Below are positions 6,988 through 8,085 of a DNA stretch of 8,085 nucleotides, one piece after another. Location of the stretch: contig JADGIF010000469.1 of the NCBI GenBank assembly GCA_018985225.1, positions 1 to 8,085 on the forward strand, in the 5' to 3' direction. How positions within the stretch are numbered: the stretch's first letter is position 1; every line of letters begins with the position of its first letter. This stretch comes from Amoeboradix gromovi X-113 (taxonomy: Eukaryota > Fungi > Sanchytriomycota). Both the position numbers and the translations under genes were made by a program. The notes beneath the pieces were generated by a model that did no database searches, was not told the origin of the DNA, and saw nothing but the letters and a program-made list of their open reading frames with translations.

Positions 6988-7600
6988 CTAAAAGGTTTCT
7001 GTTTCTGTAGGAATTTCAAAGCCATCTTGTGTTTTATACAGTATCTGTAAAACTTGTTCCACAAATTCAGACTTCTCATTACTTTGACACAACAACTCAA
7101 TCTCTCTTAATTTGGAAAAGTAAAAATCTCTCTCCTGCTCTAATGCACCTAGCGTCTCCTTTTGTTTTTCCGTTATTTTAGCGTTATCAGTACTTCGGCT
7201 TTTCTGTGGTGTTTTCTTACCTAAATTAGCAGAAAATACCTGAGCTGAAAGATCCGCTCGTTCCTCTAGTTACTGGTGATGGATTTGCATTCTCTCCATC
7301 CAAATGTTTCTTCACTAACTGGCAAAACTCTACATTGTCTTGAAATTTACATTTTACAAGCCTTTCAACTGGAATATGCACAGGTATTTGATATTTATCA
7401 AAAACAATTTGAAGTAGCTTCCAATTTTGTCTCCATTGGTATTCCTGATTAGCATTTGGCACTCGTCTATTAGCAGGTGTATCTGGATAATAAACTGCAA
7501 GTAACTGTAAGTAAATGTCTCCCTTTCCTAAATCTTCAATCTTAGTACAATTTGCGCCAGTGACTCCATTGATCCACTGTAGTAAAGCTACACGAGACAT
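6988..7600 (-). CDS. BIM1: EB1/Bim1/Mal3 microtubule end-binding protein, 197 aa, two exons: complement(join(6988..7220,7240..7600))
   Basis: Exon 1 from ATG 7600 encodes the EB1-type CH domain (MSRVALLQWIN..TKIEDLGKG..NWKLLQ..IPVERLVKCKFQDNVEFCQ). Manual translation of 7220..6988, in a frame the ORF track does not list, gives (G)KKTPQKSRSTDNAKITEKQKETLGALEQERDFYFSKLREIELLCQSNEKSEFVEQVLQILYKTQDGFEIPTETETF*. This contains the EBH motif (LExERDFYFxKLRxIE, ILY) and the acidic-aromatic tail. The spliced length is 361+233=594 nt. Confidence 0.93.
7221..7239 (-). other. Putative 19-nt spliceosomal intron in the EB1 gene (phase 1)
   Basis: The minus strand reads TCAG|GTATTTTCTGCTAATTTAG|GTAAG, with a GT donor, GCTAAT branch-like motif and TAG acceptor. 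Removing it deletes the in-frame TAA and joins G+GT (Gly), putting the CH and EBH domains in one frame. Some intron is required here; these exact boundaries are the most parsimonious option, not proven. Confidence 0.75.
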
Positions 7601-8008
7601 CAAATTGTTAAGTTTCAAGGAAACTATGCTCCTAAATAAAAGTCTTAAGTTATTAGGGAATTAAGAATATCCACAAAAAAACTAGCAGTGCTAGTCGCCT
7701 CGTTATAGTAGTTTCACACTTCCATTATTCTGAGGCTGGATTAAACTATGATGCATGTTTTTAAAGTACAATTTCATGCTGTTATTTGTAGTTTCAATGA
7801 GATTATATACACGTGTGTATTTCCAAATAGTTTTGTTCATAGTGCCGCCCCTTGTACATGTCTTTCTACTTTATTCTTTCTTTACAATTGAACTTCAATT
7901 TAGACAATTCACTGAATGTGCAAGACACTATACCACATCCCTTGATGTCAGTAGTTTTGAAAACTGCAAGCACAGCAAAAAATATTCATTTATGCAATGA
8001 GCTTGCAT

Positions 8009-8085
8009 TGGGACACCAAATATAAAAACTAGACTAACTCGTTTTTAAAGGTGCACCATACGGAAGAAATGCTATCATTAATAAA
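8009..8085 (+). repeat. Right copy of the 77-bp inverted repeat, probable DNA-transposon/MITE terminus, truncated by the window end
   Basis: ...gcttgcatt|GGGACACCAAATATAAAAACTAGACTAACTCGTTTTTAAAGGTGCACCATACGGAAGAAATGCTATCATTAATAAA; 74/77 identical to the reverse complement of 83..159. Confidence 0.9.

Noticed and set aside
6861-7100. 79-aa minus-strand ORF (MSCCVK...)
   Set aside because: It is an alternative frame over EB1 exon 2; the real frame encodes LEQERDFYFSKLREIE and stops at 6988.
7226-7618. 130-aa ORF taken as a complete gene with a TTG start
   Set aside because: The eukaryotic start is the ATG at 7600, and the stop lies inside the putative intron; this is EB1 exon 1 only.
7755-8000. 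81-aa hydrophobic plus-strand ORF (MFLKYNF...)
   Set aside because: No recognisable domain, and the F/L/V/I bias is expected from T-rich intergenic DNA. It cannot be excluded as a small membrane protein but is unsupported.
7992-8008. Small hairpin ATGCAA-TGAGC-TTGCAT abutting the right repeat
   Set aside because: A 6-bp stem with no counterpart at the left junction; consistent with chance.
1-8085. Alternative genetic code, prokaryotic or viral origin, CRISPR array, tRNA/rRNA
   Set aside because: TAA and TAG terminate the genes exactly at the expected C-termini (FEDF, DEK_C end, ETF). All three genes are typical eukaryotic nuclear genes, and I saw no viral hallmark genes, spaced direct-repeat arrays or RNA gene signatures.

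Overview
AT-rich, gene-dense eukaryotic DNA, most likely from a compact-genome fungus or fungal relative. The taxon cannot be assigned from the sequence alone, and stop-codon use fits the standard code. Three genes lie in tandem on the minus strand. (1) An intronless PKA catalytic subunit/PRKX-like kinase (191..1186). (2) An intronless 1691-aa chitin synthase with a degenerate myosin-motor-like head, cytochrome b5-like domains and a C-terminal DEK_C domain (1658..6733). (3) An EB1/Bim1/Mal3 microtubule plus-end protein that the ORF track splits. It is best reconstructed as complement(join(6988..7220,7240..7600)), 197 aa, with a single 19-nt GT-AG intron (GTATTTTCTGCTAATTTAG). That intron length is typical of nucleomorph or ciliate introns, not ordinary fungal ones. 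The gene block is bracketed by two inverted copies of a 77-bp sequence (83..159 and 8009..8085, 74/77 identical). Both start GGGACACC after a CAWT flank and look like DNA-transposon termini facing the genes.
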